DNA from: the human T2T-CHM13v2.0 reference genome, Homo sapiens | DNA length: 64,000 bases | Strand: one strand, 5' to 3' | Assembly: GCF_009914755.1 (NCBI RefSeq) | Contig: NC_060925.1 | Shown here: positions 1 to 15,269 of the stretch, piece by piece | How the letters are laid out: the number at the start of each line of letters is the position of its first letter | How positions within the stretch are numbered: the first letter of the stretch is position 1 | Program-made: the position numbers and the translations under genes | Notes under the pieces: generated by a model | The model's input: the letters and a program-made list of their open reading frames with translations, nothing else | The model's database searches: none | What the model was told of the DNA's origin: nothing

Positions 1-858
1 ACATCCACACTCCCCTCACACACACCACACACACATTACATACACTCCCCCCACACACAGACCCACACACCCACACTCCCCTCACATACATCCACACTCC
101 CCTCACACACACAATTACACACTCCCCCACACACAGACCCACACACCCCTCACATACATCCACGCTCCCTTAACACACACACACTACATACACTCCCCCT
201 ACATACACTCCCCTCACACACCCACAGTCCCCTCACATACATCCACACTCCCCTCACACATACACACATTACACACACTCCGCTCACACATATCCACACT
301 CCCCTCACACACACCACACACATTACATACACTCTCCCTACACACACTCCCCTCACACACACCACACACATATTACACACACTTTCCTCACATACACACT
401 CCCCTTACACACTACACACACACACTTCCCCTACACACACCCCCACACTACACACACTCCCCTCACATATACATACACTACACACTCCCCTCAGGCACAC
501 ACACTACACACCACCCACACTCCCACACACACTACACACCACCCACACTCCCACACACACACCTATCACCCACACTCCCTCCCACACACACACCACACAC
601 TCCCTTCACACACTACACACTCCCCTCACACATTCCACACACACACCCCACACATTACACACACTCGCCTCATGCACACACCCCACACACTACACATAGT
701 CCCCTCATACACTACACACCACACTCCTTGACACACACACACACTCTCCCTACACACACATCCACACACCCATACCCCTCAGCACACACACACGCCCCCA
801 TACACCTACATACACCACACACATTCATTCACCACACATACACACTCACCCCACACCC

Positions 859-890
<32 letters not shown>
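1..890. repeat. CA-rich low-complexity / degenerate minisatellite (CACACTCCCCTCACA-like units) in a MAN1C1 intron
   Basis: About 890 bp almost entirely A/C/T, with recurring cacactcccctcaca and ctacacac units, ending in (CA)n. Confidence 0.95.
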
Positions 891-3088
891 AGCTGTAAAG
901 CAGTGGGACTTTCACATGTGAGATGCCCACATAAGTGCCCCTGAGAGGCAGCTGCATCTCAACACCGCGGACCCTAATGACCTGGCTCCCTCCCCTGCGT
1001 GCCCCTCCAGAGGAAGCCTGGACCTTGTCACGCACACACTCCACCACCGCGTGATTGTGGCTAAACTCCTTGGCTTGGCATTCCAGGCCCTTCCTGGCAC
1101 AGCCCAAGCCTCCCATCCCGGTAGAGCCCAGGCCTCCCTTCCATTCACCTGCTCAGCACTCCATGGGCATCTCTGTGCGCCGTGTAGTTACTGGGCACAG
1201 AGCGGGAGTCGCATGCAATCCCTCCCCACAAAGAGCCCACGAGCTAGTGAGGGAGGCAGACCCGTACGCAGGCACTCATCGCACACCCGGCGGGCACCCG
1301 ATGGCAAGGGGGGCCCACCACCCAAGGGGAGTGCTGCCGCCGAGGGCTTCAGATGGTGCCTGGCCTTGTTTCACTTAATCCCCGTGGCCACCCTATGGGG
1401 AGGGACCGGGAGCAGGCTTGTGAGAATGCCTGAGCCCCCGCGTGGGGAATGAGGTGGGGAGGGTGCGCCACACCGAGAGGTGACAGTGCTCGTAGCTGCC
1501 GTGCCCATGACGGGGCTGGAGAAGGGCTCTGAGCAGAGGACAACCCATGACTTCCAGCCTCCCCGGCCCCTCCTCTGCAACAGACCTGCCCCTCCTCAAC
1601 ATGCCAGGCCTGGCCCAGCCCTTCTCTTCTGTGGGGCACCTAGGAAGGAGAGAGGTGCCACTTCTCTCTTCCCTCCACACCAGAGCATAGTCCAGCCCAC
1701 CCCAGCCCTTTCCAGCTCCTCCCCAAAGCACATGCTTCATCTTGTCTGTTCCAATTTTTGCAGATGCTGGTCCGCTCTGGAACACTTGCTGGGCCAGGAC
1801 TTATTTCTGGATCAGGGCTGGAGGGGGCCGGAAGGGCGAGTGTACCATGTGGCTGGCCTCCTCTCGACCCCCATTCCTGGGTCCCATCTGTCTTTGCCCT
1901 GTCTTTTGGTCCCTTGGTCCTCACATTTGTCTTTCTTTCTCTACGTATCTCTGTCTTCACTCTCTGGTTGACTTTGTGCAGCTGTGGAAGGTGAGGCTCT
2001 GCCTTTCACCAGCTTGATGGTCTTGGATGAGCCATTTAGGCCCAGTTGCCGTTCTCCCACCTGGGAAATGGGGCCGATAGCACCTGCCTTGCAGGGTGCC
2101 CAGGAAGATTAAGTTATAAATAATACATTGAGGCTCCTGGCCCACAATAAATGGTAGCTGTTGACGTGTTCTCTCTTTCTGTCCCTCTTCCCCCCGCCCA
2201 CTTTCCTTCTCCCCTCTCTGTCTGCCCCCTTCTTCTGCTGAGGAGTTGAAAACACTCTGCCCATTCCCCCCGCCCCGCCTTCAGTCCACCCCCATTTTCT
2301 TTCTTCTCTCTGTCTCTCTGCTTAAGTGAATCAGAACACAGAACTGGTTTGTTCTTTGTTAAATCTATCAAATGCCTTTACGTTTCCCTGTTGTTAATTT
2401 TCAAAGCCTGGGAGCGAAGTGTTTTCTGTCTTGCGTCTGCGGTGAAGTGTTCCTCGGGCAACCCGTCTTCCTCCTGGGACGGCCCTGGGTGGAGAGACCT
2501 CTGGTTCAGCCACAGCCTGTGAGGCCCTGCTCCTTGGCTGGCCCACTGTCCAGCAGGCAGAGGCCACCAGGGCAGAGAGGGGGTGTTCCAACTCAATTCT
2601 TCTCTTTCCCGCTCCTTTGAACTCCATTTATCTCAATTTGCTAAATTTAAACTCTGTTTTTCCAGAGTGGCTCTACTTGAGGGCTTGGCCAGCTAAATTA
2701 AGGTTTTTCTTCCTCTTTCCCGTGGCCTTTTATGAAGCTACCCAGCATTAATTATCATGTTTGTCACTGGGTAATAAAAATCTCTGAACTCCCTGCCACC
2801 AGATTATCTTTGTAAAGAAATGCAACTCACTTACAGTTAATAACCAGAGGCCCTGCCGTCCCCAGCCTGCTAAGGCGAGGTGATTTATAGCACCCGCCGG
2901 ATGAGCCCGTGCACTTTTGTGCAGGATGAGCGCTCTCTAGACAGCCCTGGTTTCCTCCAAGTCGCAGGCTGTGTCTGCCTCGCAGTACCCATTCCAGGTT
3001 CGGTGGCTGCTGGCGAGATGCCCGCTTCCTACCCGTACAGGCACCGGGCCCCTGAGGTCAGGCGGGTGTGCGAGGCCCTGCCCCGTGA

Positions 3089-3376
<288 letters not shown>

Positions 3377-4689
3377 TGAACCGGTGAGAAGATTGACAGG
3401 ACAGTCCCCTCCCAGCCAGGCATTTTACACCCTGCGACCCTCCCACATGCTCTAAGACTGGGGCTTTGTTAGATGTGAAACCTAAGCTCTGGGAGGTGAA
3501 GTCATTTATCCAAGGTCTCACGGGAAGTGACCGTCAGTCTGATTCAGAAACCACCACCTGCTTGGTGTCTATGCTTTGGCTGATGTATCAGAGCCCAGAG
3601 TGCAGCTAGACTGTGGGCTGGCACCCCCAAGGGTGGCTGCCAGAGTGAGACCCTCAGCTGTGTCTTCCTTGGACAGTAGAGGTGACATGAGAAGTATGTC
3701 CAAGCTGGAAGAGGCCTCCTTCAGTGGAGCATCCAGTTTTGCTCCTTCTCTTTGTGTGGATGGAAACCAAGGCCTAGAGAGGGGAAGGCACTTGCCCAAG
3801 GCCACACAGCACAGAGCTGGCCAAGCTGGCACCACTGCTGGTCTGTCCGCGGGGTGTGGAATGAACGAGGGCTGGAAGGCTGAGGTGAGTCCTTCCAAAG
3901 AGGAGAGACGAGGACGAAAGAGGGAATCAGTTAGCCTGAGCCATTGGGAAGAGGGCTAAGGAATCCCACCACTCAACAGATACTTTGGAGCCCAACTAAG
4001 GAAAAGGCACTGGGCCTGTTCTGGGCCTCAGTTTCCCCATAAAGCAAGTTGAGCAAGTCGGATCTACTCTGCCACCACCTTGGTCTACACTACCTCCTTA
4101 TTTTCTCTAAACTGGCTTCCCCTCTGCCCTGCCCTCTGAATGCTGTGTGGGGAACAGAAGCCAGAAGAGCTGGACACGCACATCCCTCTCCTCTCTGGCT
4201 TCCCTTAGCACCTGGAATAAATCCAACTCCTCTCCTTTACCCATCGGGTCCGCCTTCCCTGGGCCCTGCTGATCACCCTGACTTCACGCCTGCCTCTCTG
4301 CTCTGTGCTCTCTGGGCCCTGGGCACCAGTCTTCCTGCTCTTCCTCAGACACCCCAGGCGACTCCCACCTCAGGGCCTTTGCACTTGCTGTCCCCTCTGC
4401 CTGGAATATCATTCCAATGGCTGGGTCCCTTTCACTAGTCAACTCTCAATTCAAATGCCACTGAAACTACCATTCCCAGCCTGTCACATACTCAGGCTTA
4501 TTCTCTTCACCTTCATCAGCCTCTAAAATTATCACAGGCACATATTTGTTTACTTGCTCATTCTCTATCTTCCCCAAATAGAATATCAGTTATCTGGGAT
4601 CAGAGATCTTGTCTGCTCCTAAAACAGTGCCTGGCACATAGCAGGCCCATGGTAACTGTTTTGTGAATGAATGAATGCATGGGTGCATG

Positions 4690-4793
4690 AATGCTGAAAG
4701 GATGAATGGAGGGAAGGATGGATGGAGGGAAGGATGGATGGGTGAGTAGATAGATGGGTGGGTGGGTGTGGGCAGTTGGATGGATGGATAGAT
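4690..4793. repeat. (GGAT/GGGT)n-like simple repeat next to an L2/MIR-like remnant
   Basis: ggatggatgg / gggtgggtggg tetramer runs. Confidence 0.75.
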
Positions 4794-5357
4794 GGTCTGT
4801 GACTACCCTCTGATCACAGGAATCTGGCCAGGAATGGTGGTGCTTAAAAGACACACATTGAAACGGACTGCTAGAGCCATGGACCCTTTAAACTGTAGGC
4901 TCAGTAATGATTTTTCCCTGCTCAGCTCCCTGGCACAAGACCTCAGTCATGAAGCAGCTTCTGGGACTGCAGTCCCATCTCAGTCTGGGTCCCAGTCTTG
5001 TTCACTCCTGTCTTTGGCTGAGCTCAGACCAGAGCCCCGGTCAGAGAATTAGTGTGCAGCTGGTGGTGGCCGGAGTGTGCTGCCCAGAGGCCCTTTCTGC
5101 CTTCCCTTGCAGAGTAAACATAAAGTTAATGAGCAGCCAGGCTCCCTGCCCTCAGGGCACACAGTAGTTGAGCCATCAAGGGAAGAAATGGCCATGAATT
5201 ATTTAAGGAAACTCAGAGCACTTGATTTTGTAGGAGAGAACTTTGAATAGAAGAGGCTTTGCTCTCTGCATTTGATCTTCCCAGTGAAGAGCCTGGAGCA
5301 TCTTTGACCCTGGGTGAAGGCTGGGCCTCTGGCAAGTTTGGGGTTTTGAAGAATTTT

Positions 5358-5680
5358 CTGGTGGTTCTCAACCTTGTTGCCATGTTAAAATCACCTAGGG
5401 AGCTGCAAAGTCCTGATGTTCAGACTGCACCCCTGACTCAGAACCTCTGGGCACTGGGCCCGGGCCACACATAAACCTCCTTGGGATTTCGTGTATAGTC
5501 AGGGTTGGGAACCACCCACCAAAGACCTTCACCCCTGCCTGCACCTTAGGATCACCTGGAGAGCTTTAAAAATCCCATGTCTAGCCTCACCCCAGGCCAA
5601 TAAATCCCAATCTGAGATTTTTAAAAAGTTCCTTCCACAATTCTGTTGTGCACCTGGGGTCAGAAAACCACCAGGTTAGA
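5358..5680. mobile_element. MER5-like hAT-Charlie DNA transposon remnants
   Basis: gtggttctcaacctt...aaaatcacctagggagct...ggttgggaaccac, then a second atcacctggagagctttaaaaatccc...agaaaaccac segment; family from recall. Confidence 0.55.
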
Positions 5681-7333
5681 CCAGTGTCCAGCTGGGATGG
5701 ACCGGGGAGGGTCAGACAGATCGGACTGGGCACACCCCTGAGTGTCACGGCAGGAGACAAAGAAGAAGAACAGGAAGAGCTTTGGTCACTTTGGCCTCCT
5801 CTGAGCTAGTGCTCTAAGTACCTCATCTTATTTAGCCCCCATCTTACAGATGACGAAACTGAGGGTCAGAAAGGCCCAAGGTCCATATAGCAACAAGTGT
5901 CAGAGCCAGGACACAAACACGGGTCTGACTCCAGATCCATTGGGCTGGCCTCTACTTACCAGCAGCCAAATCACAGAGGGGCCTGGCTTGCCTGAAACCC
6001 CTCCCGCGAGTGCTCAGATGGGGCTCCTGCAGGCGGCAAAGGAAGGAACAGCCAGCGCCAGGCACTGAGCCAGGCTTCGAATATCCTCTCCTTTAATCCT
6101 CACAACCAACCCAGGAATCATTACTCCCATTTTATAGATGAGCAAAGTGAGTCTTCATTAAAGTGAAATAACTTGCCCAAGGTCATCTAGCTCCTAAATC
6201 GCAGAGCTGAGATTCAAACCCAGGCCTCTCGCCACGCTGGGCTCACTGCCTATGGGTTAGCCCTGCTCCACAAGGAACAGCACAAATATTTTTGTTAATA
6301 CATTAAAAAAAAAAAACCCTGGTCTTGTGCCCCACTTAGCTCCCTGCACCGCTGCTTGCTGTGATTTAAACCTTTTACCAGTCGTCTGCCAGCCTGCACT
6401 GTCTTGTGTTTTGTTTTAGAAAGCCTTGTTTTTTATCTTTGCATCTGCGTGTCTCAGTTGTGTCTTCAAAGAGGCAGTGGTTTATAATTTCCTCTTGACT
6501 GCAATTACTTAGCTTGGGGCCAACCCCCAGTGGAAATAATGTGTGGGAGGCGGTCTGGAAGGTGCAGGTGCCAGGTCTGGTGCGCAGCATCCTGAGGTCT
6601 CCCTCAGATGTCTGTGTTCTCTCCAAAGTGTTGACAACTGGTGACTCGGACCCAGGTTTCTGAGCCCTGACACTCCTCCCCTGCACCGCAGGCTTAGTGA
6701 CGCCGAGCAGCTGCCAGGGACATGGCTCTGCCCGGGAGCCAGGCCGGGCCCAGAGCAGACCCCTGCCTGCAGCCCGGCTGCTCTGCAGGTGTCCTCAGCA
6801 CTCCCCCATGTGGAGCAGGTGCCCTGGCATGTCACATTGTCAGCGCTTTTCCATCTGCCACTCAGTGTGGGTCCTGCAGCCAGCCCACCAGCCCTGGGCC
6901 CTGACAGGAGAGAAAAAAGGAAAAAACAGACCCAGGAGTGAGCGAGTGTTCCTTGAGCATCTTCTGTGTGTCGGGCACTGGCTGGAGGCTGCTGCTGGTG
7001 GCTTCTGCTGTCACACGGCACTCAGAGTCTGAGAGAGAGACAGATATACAACAGAAACAGATGCCAAGTAGGAATGGCACCATGTAGAAGGGTGACAGGG
7101 GCCCATAGGTAATGGCAGTGGCAGTGCTGGTTTAAATTGGGGCATTCTCTCCAAGGAAGTGACATTCTGGAGGAGGTGGGGTTAGCAGAGTCAGGGCTGG
7201 AGCATGCAGGAAGGAGGCGCAGACCAGCTAAGCCCCGAAGCAGGAAGAAAAATGCAGCTTTCAAGAATGTCACCTTTGCAGAGAGATTTTCCCTGACCTC
7301 CCTCTGCAAAGTACAGCACTGCCCCCACCCCAG

Positions 7334-7691
<358 letters not shown>

Positions 7692-7748
7692 TAATCTCAT
7701 CCTCTCACTTTGTTTTATTCAAAATGCTGATCACAAATTGTACCTCTC

Positions 7749-8041
7749 AGCCAGTTGTGGTGGCTCACGCCTGTAATCCCAACATTTTGGGAGGCCGAGG
7801 TGGGTGGATCCCCTGAGGTCAGGAGTTCAAGACCAGCCTGGCCAACATGGTGAAACCCCATCTCTACTAAAAATACAAAAATTAGCCGGGGGTGGTGGCA
7901 CACGCCTATAATTACCCAGCTACTTGGGAGGCTGAGGCACGAGAATGGTTTAAACTTGGGAGGCGGAGGTTGCAGTGAGCCAAGATCATGCCACTGCACT
8001 TCAGCCTGGGTGACAGAGTAAGACTGTGTCTCAAAACAAAA
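7749..8041 (+). mobile_element. Alu, sense
   Basis: gtggctcacgcctgtaatcccaacattttgggaggccgagg...gactgtgtctcaaaacaaaa. Confidence 0.95.
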
Positions 8042-9428
8042 CGAATTGCACCTCTCATATATATTTGGTTTTGTTGGGAATTCTCTGCACTAATGGGTGA
8101 GCTCCCTGAGGCAGAGTCCAGGCTCCTCTCCAGCACACCTGTAGCCCCAGTACCTAGCACAGCGCTGACACCAAGGAAATATTACATGGCTGCCGAGATA
8201 TTGTAAGCCAGGAGGGTACCTGAGTGAAAAAAGGCCAGTGTAGGTGAGGTAGGGTGTGAGGAGGGAGGGGCAGGAGACAGACTAGAGTGGAATCATAGGG
8301 GTCAGTAATTAGTGGGGACTCGCTCTGTGCTGGGAAATAGGCCAAGTCCTGCAGGCATATCTCATTTAATTCTCACAACCCTATGAGGCAGTTAATGCTC
8401 TTATCCCCAGTTTACACGTTAGGAAACTGAGGCACAGAGAGAACATACAACCTGCCCAGTGTCACACAGCGTGGAACTGGTGGAGATGAAATTTGAACCT
8501 GATGAGTCTGTGCCCCAGAGCCATGTCCATAGAATCAGGTCCACCCTCAAGGTCCAGATCGTGGAGTCTTGGAGGCCCCTCTGGTGTTTTCACATAAGGG
8601 CACTTGGAAACCACTGAAGGTTCTAAGCAGGCAGATGATATGATCCGGTTTGTTAATTGCAGAGTACAGAGACCCCCTGGAGAGTAGATTGGAGGGGTGA
8701 AAGTGGAGGCAGAGGCCTGGAAGGGCCCCAGAGGACCCCAGCCATGGGCCAGGCCCCACCAGCCCATGGAGTCTGGCCTCGAGACTGTGTGAGCAGCTTC
8801 CTCCCTCCCCTTGGTCCCCAGGGCTCCTGGGGTGAGAGCAGTCTGACCCCCTCACGCCCCCGACATCCCAGAGTCTTTACAACAGCGTCACCTCCCTTCC
8901 CACCAAAAGGCATGGCCATCAGGTAGTGGAAGAAGCAGAGCTCTGGACATTGTGGGGTCTTGTTTCTAGGCTGGTGTGGCTGGGTGGCCTGGGACAAGCT
9001 GCCACACCTCCCATTTGTCTGTGTAGGGCGCGGCAGCCCAGGTGCCTGGCTTGCTGTAGGCATTAAATGAGGAAACGTGTGACAAGATACTCCTAGAGAA
9101 CAGCTCTTAATTTTCTGCAGGTTCTTTTTGAGAAACTGGTAAGAATAGATGGACACTCTTCCCATAAAGATGCACATCCACCAGAAAGTGTTGGGTACAG
9201 TTTTAAGGGCCTGGACCCCTGAAGCCCATCCACAGGCCAGCTGGGCTTCTGGTTAAGATCAAACAGAGGACATAATGGAGGAGGAGGATCACCTTAAAAT
9301 ATTTTTTAACGTTTTTTAAAACATGGAAGATTTTAAAGGCTGTGTAAGAGACTTGCCCTGGGGAGCTGCCCTGTGTCTGAGCCTCCCAGCGAATAGCAGC
9401 CCCTCCTGTGCCCTGGCAGGCATCTTGA

Positions 9429-9839
<411 letters not shown>

Positions 9840-12160
9840 TGAGGCTAGACACCAGGAAGAACTGGAAAGACCGGCAGCAGTGAGCGAAGGGAGCACATGG
9901 CCTTAGGGAAGCCTCCCCTTGGAAGTTAAGTAGAATTTGAGAGAGGTACTCTCCAGGCTCCGAGACCATACCCTGAATGAAAGGGAAACTAGTACAGACA
10001 CAGGAAGCGCTTTGCATGTACCTGGTACTCTTCCGCACTTGACACAACATCACTGAACCTCACCACACAGATGAGGAAACTGAGGCTCAGAGATTACTTG
10101 GCCAAGGTCCCTTGAGAGGGGCACAGAGTAAAGGATCCTCCAGCCCCGGAGGCAGAAACGGCGGCTTCCTGAGCCCGGCACATGTCCCACCCTGAGTCTC
10201 CTACTTTCAAATGTGCCTCTGCCTTTCCCCCGGCACCCTCCTTAGAGGGGGTTTCACCGCCTCCTGCTCCCACCTGTTTAGTCGCCCTCTTTGACCCATG
10301 ATCACCGGAAAGCCTGAGAGCTTGGTCCTCCCCACCCACCACTCACCACTGAATTGTCCGATGCTAGAATCAGAGGTCACATTTGAGAGCCTGAGCCTGG
10401 CTCCTCATTCTACACAGAGAAGTGGAGTCAGCCCAGAGAGGGGAAGTGACTTAGCCAAAGTCACACTGCACATGAGGAATTGATCCTGGGCTGGAACCCA
10501 GGCCTTCTGATGCCTGGTTCCACCCCGTGCGCAAACTGCACCCCTCAGAAAAATCCCCAGCCCCCGTGTGGTCCCAGGAGACGCCCACCGCTCTGAGTGG
10601 TAATCCCAGTGTTGGTTGGAGGGGACGACCCAAGATTTGCAGTAAAAATCCCAGGCTCAAGCAGCGCTTGACAAAATGACTGTTTTCTGATGGCCAGGAG
10701 CCGCTACACCATTTGAAAAGATTAGAGAGGCCAGATGGGCAGCCTCTGTTTTCTTATCTGTTCGATGGGAATCATGACACAGGTCTCAGAGTGAGGCACA
10801 GGGTCCCATGAGAAAGTACCTTGGCAGCCACCTTTGGCCAGCAGCACTGCAGGCACTTGCTGACCGCCCATCATGATGTGTCTGTGCCCGCCCCAGCTGA
10901 ATGGGGTCTCCTGGAGCTGTTTCCAGGAAGTCAGAGATTCGCAATGGGTCTTTAAAACTGGTTGTCCATTCTCTTCAAAGAGCTTGCTCTGCCAGGGCCA
11001 TAAACAAATAAGAAATCTCAGGACTAATAAAAGGCTCGCTATTTGTCTGAGACAATCAGCCCAGACCATAAAAGACAGCCGCTTAATAAAGCATATTGTT
11101 CTAGCCAGCCTCGGCTTGTCCTGTGGACGCCTGTAGCAGTGGCTCCTGCCTTCACCCCACTAGCGACTTGGCAAAATGACTGTTTTCTGATGGCCAGGAG
11201 CCGCTACACCATTTGAAAAGGTTAGAGAGGCTAGGGTCTAGCTAATTCCTCTTCCCTGAAGCCCTCCATGGAAGAGCAGGAAGTCCTGCAAACCTCTAAC
11301 CCCTGCCTCTAAAGTAAAAGCAACCTAGGGCCTCTCAGGGTTTTGAACCCTGGTAGTAGGGAAGAGGGCTCACATTAGGAATGGAGCTGGGGACTTGGGT
11401 GACCTGGACAGGAGGGACAGGCATTAAAGGGAGAAGGATCTGGCCCTCATACCCTACATGTTGGGCCTATGAGGGTTAGACCCAGGAGGGAAAGAGCACC
11501 GCCCTAGGAGAGGCATCAGACACATCCAGGGTCAAGTCCCAACTCAGCCACAACTCGCTGTGTTACCTTGGGCAAATTACTTAGCCTCTCTGATCCTCAG
11601 TTTCCACATGCGTGAGAGGGATAGTAGCAATTACCTTACTAAAGAAACATTTTTTAAGGATAGAAATAGTGTATTAAAGCACCCAGCACGGCCTTTGAAA
11701 TCATAAATAGTGGCTACAGAGGTGGTTATAATTATGGCCATATGACAAGAATGACAGCAAATTGCCTCAAAACCAAACAGTGACAATGACAGAACCCAGG
11801 CTCCCTCAGGCCCTCCTTCCTCAGCTCCCTCTGTGGGAGTAGGTGCATTCCTGGGCAATCTTCCCTCCATCTCTACCTCAGCTGTTCCCAAACTCTCGAA
11901 GTTTGTTCTGGGAGGTGTTAAAAGCAGTTTTCTAAGACAAAGGGTCCCAAGGAGAAGCCTCATTTCACATTAGCATATTAAAGGATCTGATAAATCCTGC
12001 AGATGGGAGACTTATTTTGTTTAACCCTCGGTTCCCCAGATGTGTTGAAACCCGAAACCCTCTTGGCTGAGGTCTGGCTAACCTCTTGCAGAGCTATTGC
12101 CTCAAAGTACACAGTTGTGGAACCCCGCCCAAACCTTCACCTACCCAGACTGCTGAGTAG

Positions 12161-12625
<465 letters not shown>

Positions 12626-13359
12626 TAGATGCCCCTGAGAATTTACAGGCTGGGTGCTAGGTGCCCTGGCTTGGGCATGGAGTGGAAGGCCAAGCCACGT
12701 TGACCTCTGACCACAGTTCAGAGTGCAAAGGGTCAAGGTGGTGGTTACAGAGCCAAGAGTCCCCAGCTGGGCAAAGTTGTCCTGAGACAGGACAGGCCAG
12801 ACTTGTGAAGAGGGTTCTGAGTGCCCATATCCTTGGGGCCTGGGACCAGGCCTCAGCAAACTTAGAGGGTCAGAGGCTAGGCAGCTGCCTAGAGCACCAC
12901 GCAGGCACCACGCGGCCACCGCTGTCCCAACAGACGCTTTCCTGATCTCGAAGCTGGGCAGCTCACCTCCACCTCCCTCCTCTTCCCACAGGCAGCCCAG
13001 CCTGAGGGACCCCCCCACCCTAGTCTCTACTGGCCCTTGAGGCCTACCCTGCCCTCAGCCTCCGGCCCCACACCTAGGTGGAAATTTAATGGCTGTCTTG
13101 GGGGAGGTGTCAAAGGCAGGTGTGGGGATTCCAGCAGGTTCCCTGGTGGATGCTGAGCCTTCTCTGCCCCTATCTCCCCCACCACCCCCGTGCCCATTCC
13201 GAGCATTGCACTCAGACGGGGTCCAGGGCATGCTCAGGTTTACTGGCCCTGTTAAGTCCACCTGCTTCCCCAGGACCATTGTTCTTGGCCTTCAAAGGCC
13301 AAGCGTCTTGTGCTCCTATGCCCAGTCCATAGACCCCCTCCGTGGGTAGAAATTGTATT

Positions 13360-13576
13360 TATCAGCCTATAGGCAACACGGCGAAACCCCATCTATACAG
13401 AAAAATACAAAAATTATCCAGGCATGGTGACGCACGCCTATAGTCCCAGCTGCTTGAGGGGCTGAGGCAAGAGGATTGCTCGAACTGCAGAGGTTGAAGC
13501 TGCAGAGTGAGCTCTGATCGCCCCACTGCCCTCCAGCCTGGGCGACAAAATGAGACCTTGTCTCAAGAAAAAAAAA
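13360..13576 (+). mobile_element. Alu, 5'-truncated, sense
   Basis: ggcaacacggcgaaacccc...ccagcctgggcgac...gtctcaagaaaaaaaaa. Confidence 0.9.
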
Positions 13577-14064
13577 TGCATTTATATAGAAAGATGAATG
13601 GCTTGGCTCACTTGCCTCCAGCCCAGGGGCCATCTCTCCTGAGAATCCCTGGAGTACCAAGTCCGTCCCCAAATCCCAGCCCATGGCCATCACCCGTGGC
13701 TTCTCTTCACCTCTGCCTACCACTGTGGGTGAATCTGTAAGACCAGCCTAGTCCCCTGAAACACAAAGAGAAGCTTCCTCTAAGTTCAAACCAGGTGAAG
13801 AGCTCAGGACAGGCAGCCCATCGGGCCAGAGCTCTCAGAGGTGTGGGTGGAAGGAGTGTGGCCCCTCCAGCCTGGGGACAGGTGGCTAAACCCCGAAAGA
13901 ATAATTTGACCTTCTGTTCCCACAAATGCCAGGAGTCCCCAGCCAAGGGGTGGGGGTGCTGTCTGCTTTCTTCTAGCTCCAGCCTGCCAGGCATGCACAA
14001 GTCTTGAGGGGCCTTTCCTGTCCCGTGTTAAGGCTGTTTTCCTCCTCCTCTTCCCCTTCCTCAG

Positions 14065-14180
14065 GCCTTGGAGAAATACTGTCGGACAGAAGCCGGTTTC
14101 TCTGGGATCCAAGACGTGTACAGTAGCACCCCCAACCACGACAACAAGCAGCAGAGCTTCTTTCTAGCGGAGACACTAAA
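14065..14180 (+). CDS. MAN1C1: MAN1C1 penultimate coding exon ([19 protein letters not shown]...[11 protein letters not shown])
   Basis: Strong pyrimidine tract plus cag, gtgagc donor; 116 bp; [10 protein letters not shown] motif; missing from the ORF track. Confidence 0.96.
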
Positions 14181-14900
14181 GTGAGCAGTGTGGGCTCTTC
14201 CTAGGGATGGACAGGTGGGAGGTTGAGGGTAGGGGTCCGCAGTCCCTCCCCTCCACAGTCAGGTTCTGTGGTCACAGGACGGGAGCCCAAAAGGGGTGAA
14301 GGGCTTGGGATCCAGAGGGCTGCACCCCAGGTGTGAGCCTTGGGCCAGGCCGCTTTCTCGGAGAGTGAGACTGGGCTAGAATCCAAGTTCCCTAGGGACG
14401 CACCGTGTGATACCGCAGGTTCCTTCAGTTTCTCGCTTATCTCCCCAGGTTGCTTCCGTTCTGGGAACCGCGTCCTCGTGTGTAAAATGGGATAGGGTTA
14501 ACGATGATGATGTCAGTGCTGGTTGCTGGCATTGACTTTCCCTCCTGTGGCCTCTGCAGTGTGGCTGCTGTGCCCTCCTCGATTTCATGCCATGGAAGTT
14601 GGCCATCCCACTTCCTCACTGTTCCCCAAAGCAAGCCCCTTGTGCTTTAACCCTTTAGGGTGGGTCAGAATGATCAGTTCCTTCCAGTGAGGAAAAAACC
14701 CACAACCTGGAAGCTGGAGTTCTAGAGTCACAACCCCATGTTCTTCTCAGTGCCCCAATGTGTACTCTGAATATAGAGTCTTAGTGGGCAGCAGCGGGGC
14801 ACGTGAGAGTCAACTGGACTGCAGCAGCCCTCAGGCACCCCTGCAGAGAATCTGGACCATAAGGGCTCACATACAGGGCCGGGCAGGTGAAGCTGGCTGA

Positions 14901-15269
<369 letters not shown>

